Source of the DNA: Betaproteobacteria bacterium
Lineage (GTDB): Bacteria; Pseudomonadota; Gammaproteobacteria; Burkholderiales; SHXO01
DNA length: 62,084 bases
NCBI GenBank assembly: GCA_009693245.1
Contig: SHXO01000005.1
Location: 1-62,084, forward strand
Direction of reading: 5' to 3'
Shown: piece after piece, positions 9,838 through 19,588 of the stretch
How positions within the stretch are numbered: position 1 is the first letter of the stretch
How the letters are laid out: every line of letters starts with the position of its first letter
The notes under the pieces: model-generated
What the model was told of the DNA's origin: nothing
Databases searched by the model: none
Seen by the model: only the letters and a program-made list of their open reading frames with translations
Position numbers and translations under genes: made by a program

Positions 9838-11172
9838 CTAGAAAAATTCCAGATACCGTTCCACTTCCCACTGCGAAACGTGGCGCGAATATTCCACCCA
9901 TTCCATGCGCTTCAGCTTCAAGAACTCCGCCGATAGATCCTTGCCGAGGGCATCGCGGATCACGCTATCCTTCTCCAGGGCATTCAATGCTTCGTTGAGG
10001 TTCTGCGGTAGCAAGCCGATCTTCGCCTTGGCGAGATCCTCGTTGCTCCACTCGTAGAGGTTGGTGTTGTTGGGCTCGCCGGGATCCATCTTGTTTTCCA
10101 CGCCATCCAGTCCGGCCGCGAGGATGGCGGTCGTGGCGAGATAGGGGTTGGAGGATCCATCGGGCAGCCGCATCTCCAGGCGGCCATAGGGCACGCGTAC
10201 CATGCAGGTGCGGTTGTTGTCGCCATAGGTGATATAGGCCGGTGCCCAGGTGGCTCCGGAGAGCGCGCGGCCCACGACCAGGCGCTTGTAGGAATTGATG
10301 GTGGGGGCGCAAATGGCGGTGAGCGCGCCCGCGTGATGCAGCAACCCGCCCAGGAAGTGATAGCCCATCTTCGATAAGCCGAGCTTATGCTTGTCCTTAT
10401 CGTCGTGGAACAGGTTCTTGGTCTTCGCATCGCCCATGGAGATGTGATAGTGCGAGCCTGTGCCGGTACGGTTGGAGAAGGGCTTGGGCATGAAGGTGGC
10501 GACCAAGCCCATTTGGTGCGCGATCTCGGAGGCGGCCATCTTCAGGAAGATGACGCGGTCGGCCGTGGCGAGCGCATCGCCGTAGGTGAAGTTCACCTCG
10601 AACTGGCCGTTGGCGTCTTCGTGGTCGATTTGATAAACATCGATGCCCACGGCGCGCACCGATTCGACCAGTTTCTCCAGGTAGGCGGAACTGCGCGCGA
10701 GTCCCTTGTAGTCGTAACAGGGTTTTTCGAGGGTGTCGGTCTCGTCGCACATGGCAATGCCGCCGCCATCCTTGCGCTTGAGCAGCATGAACTCCGGTTC
10801 GATGCCGGTGTACATCGTGATGCCCTTCTTGGCGAGTTTTTCCAACTGCGTTTTAAGCACGTAGCGCGAATCGTAAGGATAGGGTTTGCCCTTCACATGG
10901 CCGATGGTGGTCATGCGCGCGTAGCCTGGCATCCAGGGAATGGTATGCAGTTGCACGAGATCGCCCACCGCCATGTAGTCGGGCCCCTGCGGGCCCATGC
11001 CGAAACCCCACAATGCGAAGCCTGCGAAGCCGGCGCCATCGGTGAGCACCATGTCCAGGTGCTCGGCGGGAACCGCCTTCGCCTTCGCCGAGCCGTGGAT
11101 ATCCACGAACTGCGCGAGAATGTATTTGATGTTGTTGGCCTTGAGCCACTTCTTGGCTTCTGCTGGGGTCAT
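9838..11172 (-). CDS. type III glutamine-synthetase-family ligase (GlnT / gamma-glutamylmethylamide synthetase-like)
   Basis: 444 aa. The N-terminus [27 protein letters not shown] and the catalytic domain are GS-like. It is the last gene of the sarcosine-oxidase-like / glutamate-synthase-like cluster. Confidence 0.85.
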   Translation of the reverse strand: MTPAEAKKWLKANNIKYILAQFVDIHGSAKAKAVPAEHLDMVLTDGAGFAGFALWGFGMGPQGPDYMAVGDLVQLHTIPWMPGYARMTTIGHVKGKPYPYDSRYVLKTQLEKLAKKGITMYTGIEPEFMLLKRKDGGGIAMCDETDTLEKPCYDYKGLARSSAYLEKLVESVRAVGIDVYQIDHEDANGQFEVNFTYGDALATADRVIFLKMAASEIAHQMGLVATFMPKPFSNRTGTGSHYHISMGDAKTKNLFHDDKDKHKLGLSKMGYHFLGGLLHHAGALTAICAPTINSYKRLVVGRALSGATWAPAYITYGDNNRTCMVRVPYGRLEMRLPDGSSNPYLATTAILAAGLDGVENKMDPGEPNNTNLYEWSNEDLAKAKIGLLPQNLNEALNALEKDSVIRDALGKDLSAEFLKLKRMEWVEYSRHVSQWEVERYLEFF

Positions 11173-11196
11173 ACGCCTCTCCCTGTTGTCAGTTTT

Positions 11197-11275
11197 CCCT
11201 CATCCCAACCCTTCTCCCGCGGGGAGAAGGGCTTTTCTTCCCTCGCCCCCCGGGAGAGGGATCGAGGGTGAGGGC
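11197..11275. repeat. pair of inverted REP-like elements
   Basis: CCCTCATCCCAACCCTTCTCCCGCGGGGAGAAGGGC is followed by CCCTCGCCCCCCGGGAGAGGGATCGAGGGTGAGGG. The second is roughly the reverse complement of the first. Same family as 6116-6153. Confidence 0.55.
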
Positions 11276-11298
11276 TGGTTCATATGCTTGTCACTTGC

Positions 11299-11949
11299 TC
11301 ATTCGTCAATCTCCGGCATGAGCGATCGCAATCCAACCGCGCCGCCTCCCAATTCTCCCGCGATTTCCACGAGCGTTTCCCATAGGTACGGCGCGAAGGT
11401 GTAATCGCACCACAGCCTATAGCGCGCAAGGCCTTGATAGGGCTCCCACAGAACCAACACGCTCACGCCTGCCATGGAAGTCATGACTACGGTGTGGTCT
11501 TCTGGCTTCCACGCCCGGAAGTTTATATTGCAAACCTGTACGAGCAAATCATTCGCGCGCGCTCCGTGAAGCACCAGGGCCGCGTCTTGCCGGAGCACGG
11601 GAGTCACGCCCGATGCTGGTGCGAAATGCAGCCGGTTAATTTTCGCCGCTTTTGCGCCGTCTTCGAGAAAGAACTCGCTGCGCGCGAGCCGCGCGACCAA
11701 GGTTCCTTCCGGGGTGCGCAACCAGGTGTTGATTCCCGGTGGAACCGCGATGCCGTGGCTGATGAGCCAGGCCTCGGCCTGGGCGCCCTTGACACCAGCG
11801 CGCTGCAGGCAACTGGCATCGCTAATCCGAATGGGTTTTGCGCTTGCGTCTCCTTCCATCGCGATGGGCACGCGCATGCCATGCACCATTGCCCAGTGCG
11901 GGTTGAGTGGTTCGAAAAAATCATGCAGCGGGCTAAGGCGGTTTTCCAT
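11299..11949 (-). CDS. sarcosine oxidase gamma-subunit family protein (N-methylglutamate dehydrogenase gamma-like)
   Basis: 216 aa, abutting the stop of the alpha subunit. SoxG-like length and position. Confidence 0.75.
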   Translation of the reverse strand: MENRLSPLHDFFEPLNPHWAMVHGMRVPIAMEGDASAKPIRISDASCLQRAGVKGAQAEAWLISHGIAVPPGINTWLRTPEGTLVARLARSEFFLEDGAKAAKINRLHFAPASGVTPVLRQDAALVLHGARANDLLVQVCNINFRAWKPEDHTVVMTSMAGVSVLVLWEPYQGLARYRLWCDYTFAPYLWETLVEIAGELGGGAVGLRSLMPEIDE

Positions 11950-14829
11950 CTAAAGTTTCTGGCGCTCGCCCGAAGGATCGTAGAAGGGTAGCTTCACCAC
12001 CGTGGCTTCTGTCGTGTGCCCGCCGTCAGCGCGAATGGTGAATGCTGTGTCCTCCTTCGCCAGCTCGGGGACGATAAAGCCCAGGCCCGCGTGCCGGCCG
12101 AGGGCCTCGCTAAAGGAGATGCTCGTCACGCGCCCTGCGATTTGGCCTTGATGAATGATCAAATGGCATTCTTTCGGGGCGTCGCCCGCGAACTCCTTGG
12201 CGAGCACGAAACCCATGGCGACTTGCGTCGGTGGCCGCTGGCCAATGATTCTTAAGCTACGCTGCCCAACAAAGAATGGCTTGTCCATCTTCACCGCCCA
12301 GCCCATGGCGGCCTCGAAAGGCGTGGTCAACCCGTCGGTGTCCTGGCCGATGATGACGTGGCCTTTTTCCAGTCGCAGCAGGCGTTGCGCTTCCACGCCG
12401 AAGGGTTGAATGCCGTGAGAGTTCCCCGCCTCCATGAGGGCGTCCCACAGATGGCCCATGCACTCGGCGGGCGCATGAATCTCGTAGCCCAATTCACCGA
12501 CGAAACCCACGCGCATCAAGCGGCAGGGCACGCCCGCGACTTGCGCATTCCGAATTCCGAGATATGGAAAACCTTGCGCCGACAAGTCGTGCGCCGTGAG
12601 CTGGGAAAGCACTTCGCGCGACTTGGGGCCCGCGAGATTCACGGCGCCCATGGCGCCCGTCACGTTCACGATGCCGGTGTCCAAACCCCATTGTGCGTTC
12701 CATCGAACCAGCTCACGGTAGACGGTGGCCGAACCCGTGGTCGTGGTGGTGAAGTAAAAATGCTGCTCGGAGAGCCGGCCGACGACGCCATCGTCCATGA
12801 TGACGCCCGCTTCGTCCAGCATCACGCAGTAGCGTGTCATCCCCACCTTGATATTGGCGAAACGCCCCGTGTAGACGCGCTCCAGAAATTCCCCGGCATC
12901 CGGGCCGAAGAGATCCATTTTTCCCAGTGTCCCCACGTCGATGATGCCTATCCCATTGCGCACGGCGCGCGCTTCCGTGCGCACGCATTCGAGTTTGCTT
13001 CGGCCTTGGGCCGCGTAGTACTCCGGCCGCCACCAATTGCCCGCTTGCATCCACACCGCGCCCAGTTTCTCGTGGCGCGAGTGCAAGGGCGTTTGCCGCA
13101 TGGGATGAAAACCGCGCCCCGCCAGATGCGACATGGGCACCGGGTGATAAAACGGCCGCGCCGTCGTGGTTCCAATCTTATCGATGGGTTCGTTGCGAAT
13201 GCGCGCGAGGATGCGAACGGCATTCATGTTGGAGTGCTTGCCCTGGCTAGGGCCCATGCCCACGGTGGAATAGCGCTTGAGCAACTCGATGTTGTCGAAG
13301 CCCTCTTGCGCCGCATTGTGGAAATCCTTGAGTTGCAAGTCCTCGTCGAAATCCACGAAATTCTTGCCCGAGGGATGCGGCACGATTGGGTAGGGATGGG
13401 TAGGTTTGCGCGTTTGCTCCGGCACTTGTACCGCCGTGGCGGCGGACAGATCAAGATATCTCGCGGCCTCGGCACCCGCACGCTTGCCATCGAGGAGGCG
13501 CGCGTTCAGTTCGTACACACCATTGACACGTCCTGCCGCGAACACGCCGGGCGAGAAGGTTTCCGGGACGAACTGTTCCACGCGGGCGTCGTAGCGCATT
13601 TGGGTACCGGCTTGGTAGAGTAAGTTGGCGGCGGGCGCGAAGCCAACGCTCATTACTACTCCATCGCAACGGATGGTTTCTTTTCGATCTGCTTGCGCCG
13701 CGCCATCGCCGAAGCCGGCCACGCGCACACCGGAAACATGCTGCCCAGAGCGGATCGCTTTCACGATGCACGCGCCCTTCAACACCCGGAACGGCGTGCT
13801 TTGCGGCGTGGATGTGGGTTCGCCTTCGGCGCGCAAATCGACCACGGCGGCGACAGCGATGCCGTGACGGTGCAAATCCAGCGCCGCCTCGTATCCTTCG
13901 CGATTGGCAGTGAGCACCACCGCCTTGTTCATCGGTTTCACGGCGTAGCGGTAAATCAGCCGCTGGGCGGCAGAGGCGAACATCACGCCGGGCAGATCGT
14001 TGTTGCGGAACACGGCCGGCTGCTCGAACACGCCAGAGGTGACGATGGCCGCGCGTGCGCGCAATTTGCTCATCTTGTGCGCGCTCGTCAACGCTATCCA
14101 ATGGTCGTCGTAGTAACCCGAAGCGGTGGTGCCGTTACGGATTTCCAGATTCTTCAGTTGCCGGGCTTCATGCAAGAGCGTTTGCAGTTGCTGGTAACTG
14201 GCATCGCTTCCTCCGCGTGCATAACCCAAGCTCCCGCCGGCTTGCGTGTTCTCGTCCACGACGAGCACCGAAGCCCCCGCGCGGGCGGCCTCGATTCCCG
14301 CCGCAAGCCCCGAGGGACCGGCGCCGATCACGGCGACGTCCACGAATTCGTAGCGCTTCGCCGTGAAGACGCGCGGCAGACCGAACTTAGGGGTGCCCAG
14401 CCCCGTCATGAAACGGAAAAACCGCTCCCACTTTTGCGCGAAGCGCCCGTGGAATGCCTTGTAGTAGAAACCCACCGGCAAGAACGCAGAAAGTTTATCC
14501 AAAACCATCGCGCGATCGGCGCGCACGCCGCCAAAAGTATTGACGGCGAAAAGATCCATGCCTTCCCTGAGCGGCATCGTATCGGCCCGTAGATTGATAT
14601 GGAACTTGTCTTCCATGAGCGTATTCACGTCGTGATTCGCCATGGACAAGATGCCGCGCGGCCGGTGGTACTTGAAGCTGCGTCCCAGGAGATGGGCGCC
14701 GGAGGCCCATAGGGCCGAACTGATCACATCGCCCTCGAAGCCCATCTGAGGGCGGCCCTCGAAGCGGAAGACGAGCGGCTTCGAGCGGTCTATCCACTCG
14801 CCCTCTACTGGAGGCAGGCGTGCGCTCAC
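11950..14829 (-). CDS. sarcosine oxidase alpha-subunit family protein
   Basis: 959 aa. Has a VAVIGAGPSGLAAG dinucleotide fold and a C-terminal aminomethyltransferase/folate-binding-like domain (GYEIHAP, FVGQRSL). Confidence 0.9.
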   Translation of the reverse strand: MSARLPPVEGEWIDRSKPLVFRFEGRPQMGFEGDVISSALWASGAHLLGRSFKYHRPRGILSMANHDVNTLMEDKFHINLRADTMPLREGMDLFAVNTFGGVRADRAMVLDKLSAFLPVGFYYKAFHGRFAQKWERFFRFMTGLGTPKFGLPRVFTAKRYEFVDVAVIGAGPSGLAAGIEAARAGASVLVVDENTQAGGSLGYARGGSDASYQQLQTLLHEARQLKNLEIRNGTTASGYYDDHWIALTSAHKMSKLRARAAIVTSGVFEQPAVFRNNDLPGVMFASAAQRLIYRYAVKPMNKAVVLTANREGYEAALDLHRHGIAVAAVVDLRAEGEPTSTPQSTPFRVLKGACIVKAIRSGQHVSGVRVAGFGDGAAQADRKETIRCDGVVMSVGFAPAANLLYQAGTQMRYDARVEQFVPETFSPGVFAAGRVNGVYELNARLLDGKRAGAEAARYLDLSAATAVQVPEQTRKPTHPYPIVPHPSGKNFVDFDEDLQLKDFHNAAQEGFDNIELLKRYSTVGMGPSQGKHSNMNAVRILARIRNEPIDKIGTTTARPFYHPVPMSHLAGRGFHPMRQTPLHSRHEKLGAVWMQAGNWWRPEYYAAQGRSKLECVRTEARAVRNGIGIIDVGTLGKMDLFGPDAGEFLERVYTGRFANIKVGMTRYCVMLDEAGVIMDDGVVGRLSEQHFYFTTTTTGSATVYRELVRWNAQWGLDTGIVNVTGAMGAVNLAGPKSREVLSQLTAHDLSAQGFPYLGIRNAQVAGVPCRLMRVGFVGELGYEIHAPAECMGHLWDALMEAGNSHGIQPFGVEAQRLLRLEKGHVIIGQDTDGLTTPFEAAMGWAVKMDKPFFVGQRSLRIIGQRPPTQVAMGFVLAKEFAGDAPKECHLIIHQGQIAGRVTSISFSEALGRHAGLGFIVPELAKEDTAFTIRADGGHTTEATVVKLPFYDPSGERQKL

Positions 14830-15086
14830 TTAGGCGCCTCGCCCCACAGATAGGTGCCCAGCACGGTGTCGGCGGCGGTGTCGCGCTCGGCGATGAACCA
14901 CACGCCGCTGGGTAGGTGATACCACCACTCCTTCTTGATGCCGGGGGCACCGTTGCGGTTGAACACGTAGTCAGACCATTGCTCATCCGAGCAGGTGGAA
15001 GGGTCCGGCATGGCGCGCACTTCGCCGCCGAAGATAAATTCCGAAACGGGCCGCGGGCCGTTGATGGGGCAGGTGAGAAGTTTCAC
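14826..15086 (-). CDS. sarcosine oxidase delta-subunit family protein
   Basis: 86 aa. MKLLTCPINGPRPVSEFIFGGE is SoxD-like. It overlaps the alpha gene by 4 nt. Confidence 0.85.
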   Translation of the reverse strand: MKLLTCPINGPRPVSEFIFGGEVRAMPDPSTCSDEQWSDYVFNRNGAPGIKKEWWYHLPSGVWFIAERDTAADTVLGTYLWGEAPK

Positions 15087-15092
15087 AACGAA

Positions 15093-17639
15093 CTACGCCG
15101 CTTCTGGAATCTTATTGGTTCCGGCTAGAGGTACACCCGTGGCGCGCGCGGTGGCGAGAGTAATGGAACGCACGTCCTCGGGTTCCAGATTCTGGACGTT
15201 GGTCTTGCCCGTGCAGCGCGCCATGATGGAACATTCCTCGCGCAATGCGCGCAGGAGGGATGCGGCCTGGTCGCGCCGCTCTTCGTCCGCCACGTCGGAG
15301 TAAAACACCATGCCGTCATTCTCCACGATGCCGCCTACCGCGAAAGCCATGCAAGCCGATACCACCGCCGCCTTGCAGCCCAGGCCGACGATTTTCGCGA
15401 CGTCCGTGCCAGAGCGAATGCCGCCGAAGTACAGAAGATCGATATCTTCCTCGCGATTCATGGATCGCATGAGACGAATGGCATCGCGCATCACCGAAAG
15501 ATCGGGATGGCCGCCCAGTTCACCCCACGGATGCGCCATGTTTCCGCTCCCGGAGAGAATCATGAGATCCATCTTTCTTTCAAGCGCGAAGGGGATGGCC
15601 TTTGGGAGCTCGCGCGCTTCGACAACCAGCCCCGTGAGTTGTGCATCGTGCACTTTACGCACATCGAAAGGTACGAACCCTGCTGGCGAATAATAAACGA
15701 CGCCCAGGGCATGTTCGTTCGGCGGGTCTTTGCCCGCTTGCGCAAGCTGGAACCACGGAGTTTGGGGGTGGATACGATCCCGCCCAAGATAGGCGACCCC
15801 CGTTTCCCTCACCCCTTGCTCGATGGCTTCGCGCACCTGCTGGGCGGCCTCATCGAATCCCGCGACGAGATAAGGCAACTCGAGCTTGACGCGCTGCCCC
15901 AATTCCACGGACACCGCGCACGCATCGCGGTAAGGGTCGATCACGAGTCGCGATAAATTCGCGGGTAAGAACACGAGATCGTCCAGCGTGGCGGGCCGCT
16001 CTGGCGGGAAGGGATTGCCGCGCGTGCGCAGGCGTTTTTGCAACATGCTCGATTGCGTGGCCACGTCCAAGGGGTTGGTGCGTGCCATGACAAAGATATC
16101 TTCTCGCGTGCGCACGTCGTAGTTGGCGGTCCCGGTTTCGGCATCGCACCGGTAGCAGCGCGCGGCCTCGTCCTTGGCTTCCTTCTCCGTGTAGGTGGAT
16201 TCGATTTCGGGAAACGCCACGGGATTCTTGCCCAAGCCATGGAAAGGTTGGTGCTGGCGCTCGATGACCTCCCAGTTAGGATCCTGCGCCGGCGAGACGC
16301 GCCTTGTGCGGAAGGGCGTGCGATAGGGCACGGGATTCTCGCGGCCGTCCAGATGCGCCTTGATGCAGTAGGCGGCCCGGTGGCCGTGCTGCATGGCCAT
16401 GACGATGGTGGAACCGCCGAAGGCTCCGTCGCCGGCGGCGAACACCTTGGGATCCGCGGTGCGCATGGTTTTCCAATCGGTGCGCACCCGGTCCGCGTTC
16501 ATCAACCCCCGCGTTTCCAATTCTGCGCACTCGCCTTTCTGCCCCACGGCGAGGATCACCATGCCACAGGCGAGATCGTGTTCGCTTCCCGTGACATTCT
16601 CCGCCTGGCGGCGGCCATCCTTACCGGGCTCGCCCAATTGCGTAAGCACGCAGCGCAAGGCGAAACCTTTTTCCGTATCTAGCGCGGCCACGGGCTGCGT
16701 GTTGTAGAGGAACTCCACGCCCTCCTTGAGGGCGCCTTCGAGTTCATCCTTGCGCGCGGGGATTTCCTTGGGACCGCGGCGGTAGATCACCTTGACTTGC
16801 TTGCAACCAGGAAGGCGCAGGGCGGCACGGCAGGCATCCATGGCCACATCGCCACCTCCCACGACGATGACGGTCGCGGGCATGGCGGGGCGTTCGCCGG
16901 CATTGATGCGGCGAAGGAATCCAACGCCATCAACAATGCGCCGGTCGTCCTTGCCTTCGATGTCCATGGTTTTTCCCCACCACGAGCCGATGGTGAGCAA
17001 CACGGCGTCGTGGCGAGACTTCAATTCATCGAGCGTTACATTGCGTCCCAGCGCGGCGTTGAGATGAACCTTGATGCCCGGGCAGTGCTTGAGCATGCGG
17101 TTCATGTCTTCCTCGATAATGCCAGGTGGCAAGCGGAAAGCGGGAATGCCCCACACCATCATGCCGCCCAGGCGGTCCGTCATTTCGTAGACATTTACTT
17201 CGAACCCGGCTTCGGCGAGATCCTGAGCCGCGGTGAGTCCGGCGGGGCCAGAACCCACGATCGCGACGGTTTCCTTGCGCGTTACGGATACGGCGGGCAG
17301 GTGGAAGCTCGCCCCCAGCTTCTCCATGATGAAGCGCTTTAGATTGCGGATGGCGATGGGACCATCGCTGTCCGCCCGGCGGCAAGCGGGTTCGCACGGC
17401 GCGTCGCACACGCGCCCGCAGATGGAACTGAAGGGATTGGTGGCCGTGATGGCCTCGAAGGCTTCCTCAACCTTGCCTTCCCAGATGTAACCGATGTAGG
17501 ACGGTGCATCGGTGCCAATGGGGCAGGCTACCTGGCAGGGCGCTGGGACGAAGTTGATGTCCTGAATATCCTCGCGCAATCCTTCCGGCGTGGGGCCGGG
17601 TTCGATGCGCTGAATGTCGTAAACGTTGACGGCGCTCAT
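15093..17639 (-). CDS. fusion protein: GltD-like Fe-S/FAD-NAD(P) oxidoreductase plus glutamate-synthase FMN-domain-like C-terminus
   Basis: 848 aa. The N-terminal half has Cys clusters (CPIGTDAP, CGRVCDAPCEPAC), VAIVGSGPAGLTAAQ and VIVVGGGDVAMD. The C-terminal 350 aa or so resemble the glutamate synthase TIM barrel (LVFLPANLSRLVIDPY...YFGGIRSGTDVAK). Confidence 0.8.
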   Translation of the reverse strand: MSAVNVYDIQRIEPGPTPEGLREDIQDINFVPAPCQVACPIGTDAPSYIGYIWEGKVEEAFEAITATNPFSSICGRVCDAPCEPACRRADSDGPIAIRNLKRFIMEKLGASFHLPAVSVTRKETVAIVGSGPAGLTAAQDLAEAGFEVNVYEMTDRLGGMMVWGIPAFRLPPGIIEEDMNRMLKHCPGIKVHLNAALGRNVTLDELKSRHDAVLLTIGSWWGKTMDIEGKDDRRIVDGVGFLRRINAGERPAMPATVIVVGGGDVAMDACRAALRLPGCKQVKVIYRRGPKEIPARKDELEGALKEGVEFLYNTQPVAALDTEKGFALRCVLTQLGEPGKDGRRQAENVTGSEHDLACGMVILAVGQKGECAELETRGLMNADRVRTDWKTMRTADPKVFAAGDGAFGGSTIVMAMQHGHRAAYCIKAHLDGRENPVPYRTPFRTRRVSPAQDPNWEVIERQHQPFHGLGKNPVAFPEIESTYTEKEAKDEAARCYRCDAETGTANYDVRTREDIFVMARTNPLDVATQSSMLQKRLRTRGNPFPPERPATLDDLVFLPANLSRLVIDPYRDACAVSVELGQRVKLELPYLVAGFDEAAQQVREAIEQGVRETGVAYLGRDRIHPQTPWFQLAQAGKDPPNEHALGVVYYSPAGFVPFDVRKVHDAQLTGLVVEARELPKAIPFALERKMDLMILSGSGNMAHPWGELGGHPDLSVMRDAIRLMRSMNREEDIDLLYFGGIRSGTDVAKIVGLGCKAAVVSACMAFAVGGIVENDGMVFYSDVADEERRDQAASLLRALREECSIMARCTGKTNVQNLEPEDVRSITLATARATGVPLAGTNKIPEAA

Positions 17640-19588
17640 GATGCTTTACGGAAACGTTGCTCTTGTTCTTGCGGTACGTAGGGCAACCGGGTGATGGCGG
17701 CCGCTTCGGGGGTGAGCGCGACCAGGTCATCGCGGCTTAACTTGTGCACATCGTCGTGACCGAGGGCGCGTGTCACCGCCGCCAACTGCCAGCGCACGGA
17801 TTCCAGGTAGCGATGGATGTTCTGCGCTTCCACTGGCACGTTATAGCGCTTCTCGTGTTCGGGATCTTGCGTGGCGATGCCCACCACGCAGGAGCCCACG
17901 TGGCACTGCAAGCACGCGATGCAACCGCCCGCGATGATCGCACCCGTGCCCACCGCCACGGCGTGCGCGCCCAGCGCGATGGCCTTGGCGGCGTCCACGC
18001 CGTCCTTGATGCCGCCCATCAATACGATGGGCATCTTTCCCGTGGCGCCCAATTCGGCCAGCGCGTCCACGGCTTCCTGAATCGCGGAGAGCGTGGGGAT
18101 GCCCACGTACTCCAGCACTTCGTGCGATGCCGCGCCGGTGGAGCCTTGCAACCCATCCAGCTCGACGAAGTCCAGGCCATCCTTATAGGCGATCTTGATG
18201 TCGTCGCGCACACGGCCCGCGCCAAGTTTTACGGAAATGGGAATGCGATAACTGGTTGCTTCGCGAAACTCTTCGATCTTGATGACCAGATCGTCCGCAC
18301 CCAATACGTCGGGATGGCGCGAGGGCGAGCGCAAGTCGATGCCAGCTGGAATGCCGCGAATGCGCGCGATTTCCTTGGTGACCTTCTTCGCCATCAACTG
18401 GCCGCCGAGTCCGGGCTTGGCACCTTGGGAGATGTAGATCTCCAGGCCGTTGGCGCGGCGCATGTCGTGGATATTCCATCCCAGACGGCCGGACAAGCAT
18501 TGATAGATGATCTGGTCGGCCGCCGCGCGTTGCTCATCGGACATGCCGCCTTCCCCCGTGTTCTCCGAAACGCCGGAGAGCTTGGAGGCGATGGCGAGCG
18601 CCACCTTCGTGGATTTGGATAAGGCGCCATAGCTCATGGGCGCGATGGTGACGGGCATGCTGAGCTTGATGGGGTTGGCCCCCTTGCGCCCGCCGATTTC
18701 AGTCTTGAGGGCGACCTTGTTCACCACGTCGCGGTCGTGCTGCATGCCCGCTATGTTCTTCCGAAATCCGATGTCGCTCAGGTGCGGTAGGGCACGCGAG
18801 GCGCCATAACCGCGTATGCGGTAGCGGCCGATGCGCGAGCGGATGTAGATGTCTTCCTGCACTTTCGCGTTCCAGTAGCCGGATACGGCGCCAGACGCCA
18901 TGAAGAAAGGCACCTGCCTCGTTCGCGGCTCCGTGCGCGGATAGCGCAGCTTCTTGCCGGCATTGACGATCTTCTGCAGCACGCCCTTGAAAGGAATGCC
19001 GTAACGATCGAGAAATTGCGCGATGTCGTCCGCCTCCTCGCGCGGTAGGTCAATGAGTTGCGCATCGGTGCCCAACGATTGCAGTTTCCTCGCGATGTAA
19101 ATGGAACCACCGGTCATGTCCTGGCCCACTTGCTCCCCGGAGTTTCCCAGGATGATGATGCGCCCGCCGTACATCATGTAACCCGCCATGAAGTTGGCGT
19201 TGCCGCAACAAAGCAGCGTGCCTTCCTTCATCACCTGTCCGGCGCGTGAACCCATGTTGCCCTTGACGATGACTTCCGCGCCGCGAATGGCCACGCCTGC
19301 AATGGCGCTGGCGTTACCGCTGACGACTATGGAGCCTTTCAGCATGTTGTCCGCCAAACCCCAGCCGACGTTGGCTTCCACTTCAAAACGCGGGCCATCG
19401 GTGAGGCCGGCGCAGAAGTAGCCCGCGGAGCCGCGTATCTTTACCTTGATGGGATGCGTCAGCCCCACGCCGATGTGATGGCGCGCATCGGGATTGATGA
19501 CTTCCACGTCCTCGCCTGCCTCGCCCAGCAGGCGGAGTTTTTCGTTCGCGTCGCGAACGCTGAGTTGGGCTAGATCGAGCGTTGCCAT
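17636..19588 (-). CDS. fusion protein: GXGXG-motif domain plus FMN-binding glutamate-synthase domain (MgsB/MgsC-like)
   Basis: 650 aa. The N-terminal 230 aa or so form a repeated beta-helix (GSAGYFCAGL, GWGLADNM, GSRAGQVM, GEQVGQDMTGGSIYI). The rest is a Glu_synthase FMN domain (QGAKPGLGGQL, GGIKDGVDAAKAIALGA). Confidence 0.85.
   Translation of the reverse strand: MATLDLAQLSVRDANEKLRLLGEAGEDVEVINPDARHHIGVGLTHPIKVKIRGSAGYFCAGLTDGPRFEVEANVGWGLADNMLKGSIVVSGNASAIAGVAIRGAEVIVKGNMGSRAGQVMKEGTLLCCGNANFMAGYMMYGGRIIILGNSGEQVGQDMTGGSIYIARKLQSLGTDAQLIDLPREEADDIAQFLDRYGIPFKGVLQKIVNAGKKLRYPRTEPRTRQVPFFMASGAVSGYWNAKVQEDIYIRSRIGRYRIRGYGASRALPHLSDIGFRKNIAGMQHDRDVVNKVALKTEIGGRKGANPIKLSMPVTIAPMSYGALSKSTKVALAIASKLSGVSENTGEGGMSDEQRAAADQIIYQCLSGRLGWNIHDMRRANGLEIYISQGAKPGLGGQLMAKKVTKEIARIRGIPAGIDLRSPSRHPDVLGADDLVIKIEEFREATSYRIPISVKLGAGRVRDDIKIAYKDGLDFVELDGLQGSTGAASHEVLEYVGIPTLSAIQEAVDALAELGATGKMPIVLMGGIKDGVDAAKAIALGAHAVAVGTGAIIAGGCIACLQCHVGSCVVGIATQDPEHEKRYNVPVEAQNIHRYLESVRWQLAAVTRALGHDDVHKLSRDDLVALTPEAAAITRLPYVPQEQEQRFRKAS

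Noticed and set aside
12358-13623. 421-aa ORF antisense to the sarcosine-oxidase alpha-like gene. Similar antisense ORFs occur at 10387-11271, 41648-42646, 51042-52280 and 58769-59545.
   Set aside because: All lie opposite strongly supported genes. They have biased composition and no RBS or motif support.
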